A stretch of 44,646 bases of DNA, taken from contig WELA01003597.1 in the NCBI GenBank assembly GCA_009602735.1, forward strand, positions 186,001 through 230,646. Reading direction: 5' to 3'. The translations under genes were made by a program, and so were the position numbers. Source of the DNA: Mesotaenium endlicherianum. Lineage: Eukaryota. Below the pieces are notes generated by a model. That model made no database searches. It had not been told where the DNA came from and worked only from the letters and a program-made list of their open reading frames with translations. This document shows positions 12,095 to 21,604 of the stretch, in pieces (the stretch's first letter is position 1; every line of letters starts with the position of its first letter).

Positions 12095-13870
12095 GAGCTC
12101 CTGCTGCTGCTCCTGCGACTGCTCCGTTACAGCAACAGGAGCAGCATAGAAGCAGCAGGAGCTCGGCCCAATCCTAACCACCGAACCCCCAGCCATACTC
12201 ACTCTGCTGCTCTGCGGCTGCTCCTACTGCAGCAGCAGAAGCAGCGGAGAGGCACCCCCCAGCCCTAACGCCAAACTCCGGCCACACTCCTCTGCTGCTC
12301 CTACGGCTGTTGCTGCAGCAGCCACAGCAGCGGCAAAAGCAGCAGAGACGTTTTCCCACACCCTAACTTTCAAGTTCTCCAAGCCACACTCACTTGGATT
12401 CCCTGAATCCGCTAGTGCTGCAACAACAGCAGCAGCAACAGCAGAGGCAGCAGAAAAAATGCAACCCACCCTAAGGCCACACCCCCCAGCTGCACGCATG
12501 CCAGGGCTAAGGGCAGAGCTCCTGCTGCTGCTCCTGCGGCGGCTGCTGCTGCAGCAACAACGACCACAGAGACAGCAGAGAAGCACACCCCTGCCCACAT
12601 TCCAAAAACCAAAGCCACACTTCTCTGCTGCTGCTCCTGCGGTTGCTGTAGCAGCTGCAGCTGCTTATGCTGCAGCAACAAACGCAGGAGCAGCAGAGAA
12701 GCACACCCCCACTGGAGACTTCGCACCCCCTTGCCACACTCGCATTGCTGCTGCTCCTACGGCTGCTGCTGCTGCAGCAACAGCAACCACAGAAGCAGCA
12801 GAGAAGCACCCCCCTACACTACAGGCAAACTCCAGCCACACTCCTCTGCTGCTCCTGCGGCTGCCGATGCTGCAGCAACAGCAACCGCAGAAGTGGCAGG
12901 CCCATCCCCCGCACCCTACCCTTCAAATATCCTACTACCCACACTCACTCTGCTGCTCCTGCAGATGCTGCTGCTGCAGCAACAGCAACAGGAGGAGCAG
13001 CAGGGATGCACACCCCCACCCTAGCCTCCACCACCCCTTGCCACGCCCGCTCTGCTGCAGCAACAGCAGCTGCAGGAGCAGCAGAGAAGCACGCCCCCAC
13101 CCTAACCTTCAAACGTCCTACCCACACCCACTCTGCTGCTCCTGCGGCTGCTGCTGCTGCAGCAATGGCTGCTGCAGGAGTAGCAGAAAAGTACACCCCC
13201 AAAGTAGACTTCACACTCCCTTCTCAAAGATTGCTCTGCTGTTCCTGCGGTGGCTGCTGCTGCAGCAACAACCACCGCTGAGGCAGTAGAGACGCACGCC
13301 CCCACCCCAAGTCCAAACACCCCAGCCACACTCGCTCTGCTGCTGCTCCTGCAGTTGCTGCTGCAGCTTAAGCAGCTGCAGCTGCAGCAATAGACGCAGG
13401 AGCAGCAGAAAAGCTCGCCCCAACCCTCACGCAAAGCCCCCCCGGCCACACACACTCTGCTGCTCCTGCGTCTGCTGCTGCTGCAGCAACGGCAGCTGCA
13501 GGAGCAGCAGAGAAGCAAACCCCCCCTTGCCACGCCCATCTGCTGTTCCTGCGGAAGCTGAAGCTGCAGCAACAACAACCGCAGGAGCAGCAGAGACGCA
13601 CGTCCCCCACCCTAACACAAAAGCCCCCGGCCACAATCACTCCGCTGCTCCTGCAGCTGCTGCTGCTGCAGCAACAGCAGCAGCAGAGGCAGCAGAGAAC
13701 CACGCCGCTGCCCCAACGCCAACTCCCCCAGCCACACTCTCATGAAGAACCAGAGGCAAAGCTCCTGCTGCTGCTCCCACGACTGCCAATGCTGCAGCAA
13801 CAGCAACCGCAGAGGCTGCAGCAGGGGACCTTGCCCGCACCCCAGCCTGACCCCTAAGCCCCCAGCCACG
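12095..13870 (+). repeat. Array of about 17 CTG/CAG inverted-repeat hairpins with C-rich spacers (~100-bp period)
   Basis: Consensus CTCTGCTGCTCCTGCGGCTGCTGCTGCTGCAGCAACAGCAACCGCAGGAGCAGCAGAG is self-complementary. Units start near 12095, 12202, 12290, 12393, 12516, 12622, 12746, 12843, 12948, 13050, 13131, 13234, 13335, 13455, 13539, 13640 and 13761. Spacers of mostly ~25-65 nt read AAGCACACCCCCACCCTAA...CCAGCCACACTC. Confidence 0.9.
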
Positions 13871-15476
13871 TACACGCCTGACAGATCATCCAGCCCGTAC
13901 CCGTTGCAAGAGAGGCCATGAATGCATCAGAAGCACACCGCCAACTGAGTGGGAGGGCTAAGTTGGGGGGGACCACTTAGCTTTTACGAGAAGGGGGGAG
14001 ATGCGCCTGGCCGCGCGTGCGTGCGTGCGCTGCCTGCCTGCCTGCCTGTGCGCCGCCGCCTATGCTGCCGCGCGCAGCCACGCCCATGCATGCCCCGCCA
14101 CGCGTGCACTCCATGCCGCCGTGGCCTCAGAGATCATAAGAAAATTGATACCACACGTAGGTCCCTCGCCTCCCTACGCCTATCCTTAAGACTGCCCATG
14201 TGCATGCACTGCGTGCCTGCGCTACCTCAATCACACTAGCCTAGCACTAGCCTCTATGTCTGCTTGTGTCGTACACTATCTCTAGTATACTATGCTGACT
14301 AATGCCCTAGTCATGCATCCATCTACAGTCGTCTTTGTGCCCGCTGCATGGTCGTGGCCGAGCCAGTTCCACCTGCAGACAGAGAGCCACCCCATCGAGT
14401 GTCACACCAGCCAGCCAGTCCCTACCACAACTGGAAAGAAGTCTCGCACGCCAGTGGGAGCGCCTGGGGCCTCTGTCGATGAAATGGTGCGGCCACCGCG
14501 GAGAGAGGGATCTAAGGTGTGGCTGCCAACGCAAGCATGCATGTGCTGCTGCTGCTGCTGCTGTGCGCCCTGCCAGCGTCAGGTCAGCTTGCAACACCCC
14601 AAGGCGAGATGGATGCGAGAGGCAGCCAGCCGCTGTCAGAGACGTTGAAAGCAGAGCAAGCCACGTGTGTCACTTGCTCGCTTGCAATCGAGCAGAAGTG
14701 ACACTTGACAGGTGTTGGAAGCAGCATCAGAGCAAGCCACGTGTGAAATATTCACTTGCGAGCAAACGGGAGTGACGCCTGGCAGGCAGCAAAGGCAAAT
14801 TGTTTCTTCAGGATGTGCTGCAGTCACACTTGAGGGGTATAGGCCAGAAGGGAGGAAGGTCCACGCCCACCAGGTGTCCGACTCTCACGCAAGCCCTGCA
14901 CACTGACAACATTGCACAACTCCAGGGAGAACATCGGCAGAGTGTCAGGCAGGAGTCAGGGCCACGCCTCCTCCCACCCTGCGCCCCTCCCACAGCCCCG
15001 CATCCCCAGCCTCATCCTCTGAGCCCGGACTAAAGTTCTCCCCCAGCTGAGCCCTTGAACCCAGAACACCCCACCCCTGCCTTTCTTTCTCGTCCCCCTC
15101 CTCTGCCCCCCTTTCACTCGTCCCCCTCGTCTACCCCCCTCTGACACCTCCCCCCCACTTTAAGCACACTCTCCTCGCCCTATTCTGCGGCCCACCCGGT
15201 CCTCCCTCCCTCTTCCTCCTCTCCTTCCCCCCTCCTCTCCCATGGCTGCGCCTTCTCCCCCACCGACCGCAGCGAGTGGGCGGGTGTGAGAGAAAGCCGC
15301 CTCCTGCACGTGCGGCCCTTACCATCAAAGCCCAGGTCAGTCGAGAAACAATTTGAACAAGCAAAACGCGTGTGCACCTTTGTGGGGACCCATGCAAGGT
15401 ACAGGCAAATGGCCAGAGAAAACACAAGAAGTACATACTAAGCAACAGCCACACTGATTGTGTGTGGCGGGGGGGA

Positions 15477-15518
15477 TATAAGAAGGGGCGGGGCGCTGCC
15501 ACCTGCCACGTGGCAGCA
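15477..15518 (+). promoter_or_regulatory. TATA box followed by a G-box palindrome (copy 2)
   Basis: TATAAGAAGGGGCGGGGCGCTGCCACCTGCCACGTGGCAG, identical to copy 1. Confidence 0.4.
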
Positions 15519-16080
15519 GCCCCAGCCCTTGCGCAGAGGCGAAGCACGCCGGCCGGCTGCGAAGCCGACAGGCGGGCCACGCCCGCGCAAGGGCGGGTTA
15601 TGGTGCCACCTGCCCGTGCGCACGGGCGTCACGGACAGGTGGCGCGACGGATGAGCTTTCGCTTAAATGCGCGGGTCCGGGACCTGCGGGAAGAGACATA
15701 ACGGCACCACGAGAAGCAGTCCCAGAAGATCCCTCTGATCACCCTGCCCCTCAGACTAGCCTCCTCCCCGGCCGCGCATGACTAGCCCACCCGCCCCCAA
15801 GGGGTGGGGAACGCTGAGGAGCTCTCCTCCGCCTCCTCCTCCTCTTCCGCGGCCCGCTGCTGCTGGTGTACCACCCGCACCAGCACCAGCACCAGCACCA
15901 AGACCAATAACGACCGCCAAGGGAACAACAACAAGGAAATGATGGAGTTAGTATCGTCCAGACATTCCAGCGCGAGCAATCAAACAAGCAGGCCCAGCCT
16001 CGGCTGGCCCAGCCCTGCCCCAAGCGCTGCTGGCAGGACCCATCCAGCAAGGAGGAGGGGCCCAGGCTGGATAGGGGGTA

Positions 16081-16690
16081 GAGCTCCTGCTGCTGCTCCT
16101 GCGGCCCCTGCTGCTGCAGTAACGGCTGCTGCAGGAGTAGCGCAAAAGTACACCCCCAAAGTAGACTTCACACCCCCTTGTCAAAGATCGCTCTGCTGTT
16201 CCTGCGGTGGCTGCTGGTGCAGCAACAACCACCGCAGAGGCAGCAGAGACGCACCCCCCCACCCCAATTCCAAACACCCCAGCCACACTTGCTCTGCTGC
16301 TGCAACGGCAGCTGCAGGAGCAGCAGAGAAGCGAACCCCCCCTTGCCACGCTCATCTGCTGTTCCTGCGGAAGCTGAAGCTGCAGCAACAACAACCGCAG
16401 GAGCAGCAGAGAAGCATGCCCTCACCCTAAAACAAGACCCCCCGGCTACACTCACTCCGCTGCTCCTGCGGCTGCTGCTACTGCAGCCAGGGCAGCAGCA
16501 GAGGCAGCAGAGAAGCATGCCGCTACCCCAACACCAATACACCCCGCCACACTCTCACGAAGAACCAGGGGCAAAGCTCCTGCTGCTGCTCCCACGGCTG
16601 CCGCTGCTGCAGCAACAGCAACTGCAGAGGCAGCAGCAGGGAAGCTCGCCCACACCCCAGCCCGACCCCAAAGCCCCCGTGCCTACCCCA
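16081..16690 (+). repeat. Hairpin/spacer array of copy 2 (about 6 units)
   Basis: Units near 16081, 16191, 16292, 16355, 16455 and 16576. Spacers correspond in order to copy-1 units 11, 12, 14, 15, 16 and 17 (e.g. AAAAGTACACCCCCAAAGTAGACTTCACA; CACTCTCAyGAAGAACCAG). Confidence 0.88.
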
Positions 16691-17907
16691 GTCACATGCA
16701 CACTGACAGGTCATCCATCCCGCACCCGATGCAAGAGAAGCCATGAGATGCCGCTAACAGAGAGGGAGAACGTGGGGGGGGGGGGGGGCNNNNNNNNNNN
16801 NNNNNNNNNNNNNNNNNNNNNNGGGGGGGGGGGGGGGGGGGGGACTACTTATCTTTCGGGAGAAGAGGCGAAAGGCGCGCGGCCGCGTGTGCGTGCGTGC
16901 GCTGCCTGCCTGCCTGGGGGCTGCCACCTCCTCTGCTGCCGCCCATGCATGCTCCGCTACACGCGCACTCCATGCTGCCGTGCCCCCATAATATATAAAA
17001 GAATTGATGATGCAAGTGGGTTCCTCGCCTACCTATGCCTAACCTTAAGACTGCCTACGTGCATACACTGCCTGCGTGCGCTACCTCAATCTCACTAGCC
17101 TAGCAATAGCCTCTACGCCTGCCTACTGGAAGCTACACCTATTGAACAATGCTGTCTATGACCTATCAATCTTCAGTCGCCGTTGTGTCCGCTGCGTGCG
17201 TCGCCAGGCGTCGACGCCATTGCACCTGCAGAGACAGAGAAAGAGGGAGAGGGGGCAACCAGAGCAGAGTGAGTCAGTCCCGATGAAATCAGAAAGTAGA
17301 GCATGCGTGGTGCTAGCTGAATGGGCGTTGCCCACAATCAAGAGCGCCCGAGGCCTCAAGAGATCTGTGCGGTGCCGCCACTAGGAGGGAGCACAGAGGC
17401 ATGGCAGCGAGCGCGCACACGCGTGTGCTGCTGCTGCTGCTGCTGCATCATGGGGGTCCGTCGCGTCTCGCAAGACGCGACATCCTCCACCCTCCCCCTC
17501 CCTGCACCCTCCCCTGCTTGCGGCACCTGAAGGCGAGACAGATACAAGAAATAAACAACCACAGCGTCAGACACGTCAGTGACCCAGAGCAAGCCATGCG
17601 TCACTCTTAGCTCGCAAGCAAAGAACATCATCAACACCTGGCAAGTCTTGGAGCAAGCCACGCGTCCCTCACCCGCTCGCAAACGGACGAGAGTGAGACC
17701 TGGCAGGCAGCAGAAGCGAGTGAAAAGCAGGGAAAGCGGCGGCTCGAAGTGCGCCAACACCAACAGCCTGGTGCTGAGAGGGAGGCAGCCCCAGCACCCA
17801 CGAGTGCCGAGACGGGGAAACACTTGCCATCCCACGGGCGTCCACCCTGCCGCCCATCCTGCCTGCGCAGGCTCAAGCAAGCGCACACCCCCCTAGCGCA
17901 CTTGACC

Positions 17908-18220
17908 AGTAGTGGTAGCGGCACAAGTAGCAGATATAGTAGCTCTAGTAGCAGTGATAGGGGGTGCTAGGTGTTGTTTAAGGAGTAGTACTGGTGATAA
18001 TGGTCGGGGTAATAGTAATAACTGGCGTATGAGTAGTAGTAGTACTAGTGAAGGCAATACTTTGAGGATTAAAATGATACTAAAAATAGTAGTGGTACTC
18101 GTAGGAGTAGTAGTAAGAGTACTCGACGAAATAGTAACAGTAGTAGTAGTAGTAGCAGTAGCAGTGTAGCAGTAGTAACAGTTGTGGTAGTAAGATGAGG
18201 ACTATAGTAGTAGTAGGAGT
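17908..18220. repeat. Degenerate (AGT)n microsatellite
   Basis: Runs such as AGTAGTAGTAGTAGCAGTAGCAGT over ~300 bp. Confidence 0.8.
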
Positions 18221-18724
18221 CGAAAGGGCCTCTGTGCGCTGCACTTTTGACACTCAGGACCCTGAGAAGAGATGCCCTCACACTTGCAGACAGAGAGAGA
18301 GAGAGAGAGTCCAGCAACTCCCAGACGTGTTGGGAATGGGTGAGGAACTAGGCGTTCCTTCCGACCCCCCAGTCCAAGTCGGCCAGCATTGCAGTACGTG
18401 GCTCCATCAACCCCCCCCCCCCCNGTGCTTGCGTGCCGCTGCCACCTCCTCCTTGGCCGTCGCTGCTACTGCCACCCGCTTTTGTTTCTGAAAGATTGGA
18501 ATTAGACGGTAGAACAGAAGGGGAGAGAGAGGGGGGTGGGGAGGGGGGCTCCTCAGGCCCCGATAGATGGCAGCATCCATGCCTTTCTGCTTCCCTTTGC
18601 GTATCTACGTCAGTGTCCGCGTGCCTCTTGGGAGCGCGTTGCGCTGTGTGCGGAGTTGTGCATGTGAGTGCTGGAGTGGCGCTGCTGGGCTCACATCGCC
18701 CACCAATCTGGGTGGAGGTGGCAG

Positions 18725-18827
18725 ATGCTTGATGGACGACCGGTCGACACTTGTCCTGTACTCGTTGGTCCATGGCAACGGGGCGTTCCTGGAGTACCTG
18801 CTTGTGCGTGCGGACCTCGACACCATT
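18725..18827 (+). pseudogene. DYM: Isolated dymeclin exon (gene fragment)
   Basis: GGCAG| a TGC TTG ATG GAC GAC CGG... encodes CLMDDRSTLVLYSLVHGNGAFLEYLLVRADLDTI |GTAAGG. This matches the recalled plant dymeclin segment LADExxVLLLYSLxQGNSDFxEYVLVRTDLDTL. A branch point (GCTCAC) lies ~30 nt upstream. No other dymeclin exons were found in the readable sequence. Confidence 0.75.
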
Positions 18828-18837
18828 GTAAGGATTT

Positions 18838-19250
18838 CGTTCCTCCTCGTCCTCCTTTCCCTCCTCTTCCTCTTCTTTGTCTTCCTTCTCCTGCCCATTT
18901 TCCTCCTACTCCTCTCCCTCTTCTTCCCTCTCTTCCTCCTCCTCCACCTCCTCCCCTCCTCTTCCTCCTCCTCCTCCTCTCTCTCCTCCCTACCCTTCTC
19001 CCTCCTCTTCCTCCTCCTCCTCCCTCTCCTCCTCCCTCTCCTCCTCCGCCTCCCACCTCCCTCCTCCCTCTCCTCCTCCGCCTCCCACCTCCCTCCTCCC
19101 TATCCTCCTCCCTCTCGTTTTTCCTCCTCCCTCTCCTCCTCCGCCTCCCACCTTCCTCCTCCCTCCTCCTGCTCCTCCTCTTTCTCCTCCTCCCCTCCCT
19201 CTTCTCCTCTCTCTCCTCCTCCTCCTCCACCGCCCTCCCTCTCCTCCTTT
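18838..19250. repeat. ~410-bp polypyrimidine (CCT/CT) low-complexity tract
   Basis: Almost exclusively C/T on the + strand, starting directly after the dymeclin donor site. Contains internal repeats such as CTCTCCTCCTCCGCCTCCCACCT. Confidence 0.9.
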
Positions 19251-19277
19251 CACAAAGGCAAGGTAAACACCAGTGAT

Positions 19278-19583
19278 ATGCACCCCATAGGCACACTAGA
19301 TACTATACCTGAAACCAGAAATATGACGCTGTGTGAATCCAAAATCCCTGTGCGCAATAGGCACATATAATAGACATTCCAAATGAAATTATGTGGCCCA
19401 ATAGCACATAAAATGCCCCAGCGGCACAAAACAATAATCACTGTGCCCCATCGACACGTATGAATTCGAAATCCAAAAGCCCGGACCAGTCTTATGTGTC
19501 CCAACGGCAATCACTGTAACATATCCAAGTCCAAGTCATCACGACGTTTGATAGTCTTCAGGTCCAAAGTGCCCCATTGGCAT
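19278..19583. repeat. Cluster of seven imperfect palindromes TGTGCCCCAwnGGCACA in an AT-richer island
   Basis: Copies near 19278, 19349, 19392, 19413, 19442, 19495 and 19569, interspersed with AATCCAAA. Confidence 0.7.
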
Positions 19584-21099
19584 TATATAAACCATAATTA
19601 GTCCAGATATTTATATGCATATAAGTTCCATGTTCAAATCCAAACCAAGTCCACAAGCTGTATCCCACCTGCCCACATCATGACGACCAAACAGACCACA
19701 CCCCCATCAGCATGTTCAGTGGCGAGGGGGGCTGTACGTCAAGTACAGGACTAGAGATGCAGCTGACAGAGAGAAACGAGCAAGGAGAAGGAGGAGGAGG
19801 AGGAGGAGGAGTCTTACCGGGGTGCTGCTCTAGCAGGGCTAGGGAGCGCATAATACTTACTCACTTGCACACAAGCGGGCATGGCCAGGTGGCATCAATC
19901 CGAGACCACCCTCTAGTGAGGAAGCAGGACCTGCATCACCATCGTCACATAACCATTCCAGCCAGAGAGGGGAAGCTCGCAAGAAAGGGAAAACGGTCAA
20001 CAAATATGTGGTGTTCTCCACTCCCTATTGTGCGATGCTTGAGCTCAAAGACGCTGTTTGATAAGGGTACATACCAGAGGAAGAGAGAAAGGAATACGAT
20101 GCACCAGCATGCGTGCATGCGTGCGTGCGGCTGACTGCCCTACCTGGCACACTGCGTATGTTGCAGAGACTGACCGCATGCGGACAGGCATGCAGGGAGA
20201 GGCAGCTCCTGAATGACCACGCCCTGCGATCTGTTCCCCCCCCCACACCCGTTGCATTAGCCCAAACCGAGTCAGCATGCATGCACAGCACAGCTGTCAA
20301 ACTGGCTGCAAGCTTGCTGTAGGTGCGGAAAGCAGGAGTCGAGCGGGAGAGGGGGACGCGAATCATGCTCCACTCAGGCTGGTCCTAGCAGCGGCAGCAG
20401 CAGCAGCGGCGCCAGCGCCAAACGTGCTTCGGCCCTGCGCGCCACCTGGCGTGGTCCTGCTCCCTCCCACCCAACCCCGCCCCGGTTCGCATGCAGACAA
20501 GCAGTCAGAAGTGAGAGGGGTGGCAGAGCGATGCGTGATGCATGCATGCTGCGCGTGCCGACCTTGCTCATAACAAGTGCAAACAACAAGCCTTGGCCGC
20601 CACGTGTCGTCGTGTCGTGCTCCCTGATGTCTTCCTCCCGTCACATTGGATGCACGCTCGCTCGTTGCCGCCAGCACCGCACCACCGCACCTTCCATGGT
20701 ATGTGCTTCCTGGGCCCCCTCTCTCCAGGCCCTGGCTCCAGGGCCCCAGCGGTGCAGAACTGCAGGCCCACTCCTACTGCTGCTGCGCCCCCCATGCATG
20801 CCTGCCCGCCTACCCCACCCTCAAACAAGCCAACGCATGAGGGGGGGGCGGGAAGATGTGGGCGACGCGAGCGAGTGCTCGCATGCATGAGTGCAGGTGA
20901 TGAACAAGGAGGACAGGTGCCGTGCGCGCCATGAAGGCGAGGCTAGATCAGTCTGCGCACGACAGCGGATCGCACACACAAGTGCGCGAGAGAGCGCGAG
21001 AGGCTGGCTGTGTCAAAGAGCTCTGCGACTTGGGGCACTTGAAAATGAGCCCGTGAGAGCAGGAAGCTGCAGCCGACGGCAGGCGCAAGGGAGGGAGCG

Positions 21100-21569
21100 G
21101 CTGCCCACGCAGAGGGGAGGGAGAGGGCGGGGAGGATGGGCTGGAGAGAGAGGGAGCTGCCAGAGCTCACCGTGCAGCTAGGGGCGGGGGCACATGAATC
21201 GCTCTGACACACGCTCCAGCCAGCTGGGATTGGAACTCCCGCTCCCTCCACACGCTGGCCAGCACTCCCTTGAGGTCCCCTCCGAGTGTGCATGCCATGC
21301 ATTTGTATATATAGCCCAGAGTATGAGTGCCCCCCTCCCCCCACCCCCCCAACAACAAAACAGCCCATGTGCACTTAGCAAGAGAGTGCGTGCTGGTGCT
21401 GCGTTGTCAATGTGTCCACGCAGCATCCCCTACTTCCAGAAGCTCAAACACGCACAGATACACACACCAATACATACAGAAGAGACGTATACATTCAAAT
21501 ATGCACATCTACTCACTTACTCATAAAACTATTCACAGTAACACACGCACACGCACACGCACACAAACA

Positions 21570-21604
<35 letters not shown>

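Larger units (their letters stand above)
10383..14800 (+). repeat. Tandem element family A, copy 1 (~4.4 kb including an N gap)
   Basis: Colinear anchors with copy 2: GGATGTGCTGCAGTCACA (10387/14811), GAGAGAxAGCCGCCT (~11273/15288), near-identical core 11440-11810/15449-15830, hairpin array, GCTACCTCAATCxCACTAGCCTAGCA (~14221/17080), GCAAACGG..CCTGGCAGGCAGCA (~14762/17679). Confidence 0.85.
14808..17720 (+). repeat. Tandem element family A, copy 2 (~2.9 kb)
   Basis: Same order of modules as 10383-14800, with a shorter hairpin array. Confidence 0.85.

Noticed and set aside
12095..13870. True CRISPR array
   Set aside because: The context is eukaryotic with no cas genes. Repeats are long and degenerate, and spacers are homologous to each other rather than unique.
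12174..13875. Many overlapping Ala-, Gln/Leu- and Cys-rich ORFs on both strands (antifreeze- or metallothionein-like)
   Set aside because: These are translation artefacts of CTG/CAG repeats. No frame is maintained between units or between copies.
18567..19370. 267-aa ORF with extensin-like or TM-like Ser/Pro/Leu tail
   Set aside because: Only 18725-18827 is protein-like. The rest is read-through into the polypyrimidine tract after a strong GTAAGG donor.
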